Of a stretch of DNA of 64,000 nucleotides, positions 62,309 through 64,000 are shown in pieces. Both the position numbers and the translations under genes were made by a program. The DNA comes from Alphaproteobacteria bacterium (GTDB lineage: Bacteria > Pseudomonadota > Alphaproteobacteria > GCA-2731375): NCBI GenBank assembly GCA_965225945.1, contig CBDDBZ010000019.1:13594-77593 (forward strand). The letters are read 5' to 3'. Each line of letters starts with the position of its first letter. Positions within the stretch are counted from its first letter, which is position 1. Below the pieces are notes generated by a model. The model was not told where the DNA came from. It did no database searches and saw nothing but the letters and a program-made list of their open reading frames with translations.

Positions 62309-62380
62309 GGCCTCGGTTGCTCGACAATTCGCCGGATTTCCCCGAGGATGCGCCCGAGCCAACGACACGGGGCAGACATC

Positions 62381-63223
62381 ATGAGCGACGCGGCGCGGGC
62401 ACAACCGCTACCGGAATTTGTCGAGGCCGACTTGCACTACGTGGTCGGCGACGGCCGGCCCTCGATCCGCCACGTCGATTGGCCGGAGATGGCGCATGCC
62501 GACAGCATCCCGGACTACGAGCCCAGGCGCATGCGGATCGCCAACGGCCGCCTCGCCGACGCGGCGGAACCGTTCAGCCTCGCCCGCCAGGGCTTCCGCC
62601 TGGTGGCGCACGAGACGGCGGTGAAGGATTTCTTCGACGAAGACGAGGTCCTCCGCGTCTATTACCCGGAGACCGAGGATTTGATCCAACGGATTAGCGG
62701 CTGCGCCCGCGTCGTGGTGTTCGATCACACCGCGCGGACGGCCGACCCGTCCCGTCACGCCGATCGCTGGATCCGCCCAACGGTCCGCTCCGTCCACAAC
62801 GACTACACCGAGCGCTCGGCGCCCAAGCGGGTCCGCGAGGTGCTACCGGCCGAGGAGGCGGAGCGCTTGCTCCAGCGGCGCTTCGGCATCATTCAGACGT
62901 GGCGCACCACGGCGGCGAGGGTGGAATCGGAGCCGCTGGCGCTGTGCGACGGGCGGAGCATTCCGGAAGTCGGTTTCGTGCGCAACGAGCGGCGCTACCG
63001 CGACCGGACGGCCGAGACCTATCACATCACCCATAACGCGGCGCACCGCTGGTATTATTTCCCGGAGATGACGCGGAACGAGGCGATCGTCTTCAAGGTC
63101 TTCGATACCGACGCCTCGGCGGGCACCCGTTTCACCGCACACACCGGCTTCGACGATCCGACCACCAAGGCGGGTGCCGCGCCGCGCGAAAGCATCGAGA
63201 TGCGCGCGCTGGTGTTTTATTGA
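62381..63223 (+). CDS. CmcJ/NvfI-family oxidoreductase
   Basis: VFDHT, VHNDYT, PLALCD, HRWYYFPEM, AHTGF, RESIEMR. Confidence 0.8.
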   Translation: MSDAARAQPLPEFVEADLHYVVGDGRPSIRHVDWPEMAHADSIPDYEPRRMRIANGRLADAAEPFSLARQGFRLVAHETAVKDFFDEDEVLRVYYPETEDLIQRISGCARVVVFDHTARTADPSRHADRWIRPTVRSVHNDYTERSAPKRVREVLPAEEAERLLQRRFGIIQTWRTTAARVESEPLALCDGRSIPEVGFVRNERRYRDRTAETYHITHNAAHRWYYFPEMTRNEAIVFKVFDTDASAGTRFTAHTGFDDPTTKAGAAPRESIEMRALVFY

Positions 63224-63264
63224 GGACGGCTCCGCCTCGCCGCGCGGGGTGGCGTGCCTTTCAG

Positions 63265-64000
63265 TCAGTCGGACGGCATCTTGCGATTGCGTTTGGCCTT
63301 GCGCTTCGGGGGGATTGGTTTCGGGTCGGGGAGATCGCGCAGGCGACGGATCAGCGTCGCCCTATCCGGATCCATCCGGGCCAGCGCGGCTTCCGCGTCA
63401 TCGGCTTCGTCGACGTCCGCCAAGGCGCGCAGCAACGCCTGGCTGTCCTCCGCCTGCGGCGCGAGATCATCGGTAAGCAGCGCCGCCACGTCACGCAATG
63501 TGCCGGGATCGCGGCAGGCACCGGCAAATCCGGAGATCATGTCGGGCAGCCATGTCTCGTCGCGCTTCTCTGAGGGGAGCCTCCGCATAAAGGCCGCGAT
63601 GCGCGGCAACAGGCCGGCCACGGCTTCACAGGCTTCGGCGCGTCCCTCCGTCAGGGCGATGTCGGCGAGGTTCTCTCCATCTTCGCGATGAAAAAAGACC
63701 CCCTCTGTAGCATCGACCAAGCTGTCGCCATGCTCGTCCAGCAGTGCGTCCAGGGCACCAAAAGCATGAGCGCGTGCGGCAGCGATAAAGAGATCATCGA
63801 TCCACGAGCCCGGGTCGAAGACGATTTCGCCTCCACCGCTGGAGCGCCACGCCTCCAACCACTCCTCAAAGAGCGTAATGGCCTGCGGGCGCGGCACATG
63901 CGCGGCAGCAATAATAGCTAGTGCCATCGCGCATGACAGGTTGCGCCGGTCGCCGTCAGGCCGCGCGATGGCGATGCAGTCCGCCGCAGCTGTCCACGCG
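63265..64000 (-). CDS. C-terminal part of a helical hypothetical protein running off the window
   Basis: The frame of ORF 63265..63927 stays open to the window edge. Confidence 0.6.
   Translation of the reverse strand, partial: AWTAAADCIAIARPDGDRRNLSCAMALAIIAAAHVPRPQAITLFEEWLEAWRSSGGGEIVFDPGSWIDDLFIAAARAHAFGALDALLDEHGDSLVDATEGVFFHREDGENLADIALTEGRAEACEAVAGLLPRIAAFMRRLPSEKRDETWLPDMISGFAGACRDPGTLRDVAALLTDDLAPQAEDSQALLRALADVDEADDAEAALARMDPDRATLIRRLRDLPDPKPIPPKRKAKRNRKMPSD

Overview
GC-rich window from what looks like an alphaproteobacterial (Rhodospirillales-like) chromosome. The backbone is intact housekeeping DNA: gph, tRNA-Val(CAC), glyA-nrdR-ribD-ribE-ribB-ribH-nusB-thiL, hppA and glmU-glmS. 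It also carries many catabolic enzymes (BVMO, two TauD/TfdA dioxygenases, two luciferase-like monooxygenases, two ThDP enzymes including an HACL-like lyase, amidohydrolases). This backbone is heavily invaded by nested IS630, IS21, IS256, IS3-like and IS1595 elements, leaving many pseudogenes. The most unusual system is a 755-bp transposase-free IS1595-derived cassette present four times. It has 43-bp perfect terminal inverted repeats that are both copies of an IS1595 right end, makes 8-bp target duplications and carries a 102-aa leucine-rich-repeat-variant-like passenger gene. Two inverted copies appear to form a 4.1-kb composite transposon that moved putA and Fe-ADH fragments into a CHASE2 hybrid kinase gene. 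A related IS1595 inside that cargo independently has two right ends (133-bp perfect inverted repeat). An approximately 18.6-kb inversion between two inverted IS3-like copies can be reconstructed from a split 14-bp target duplication. All product calls come from motif recognition by eye; no database searches were run.
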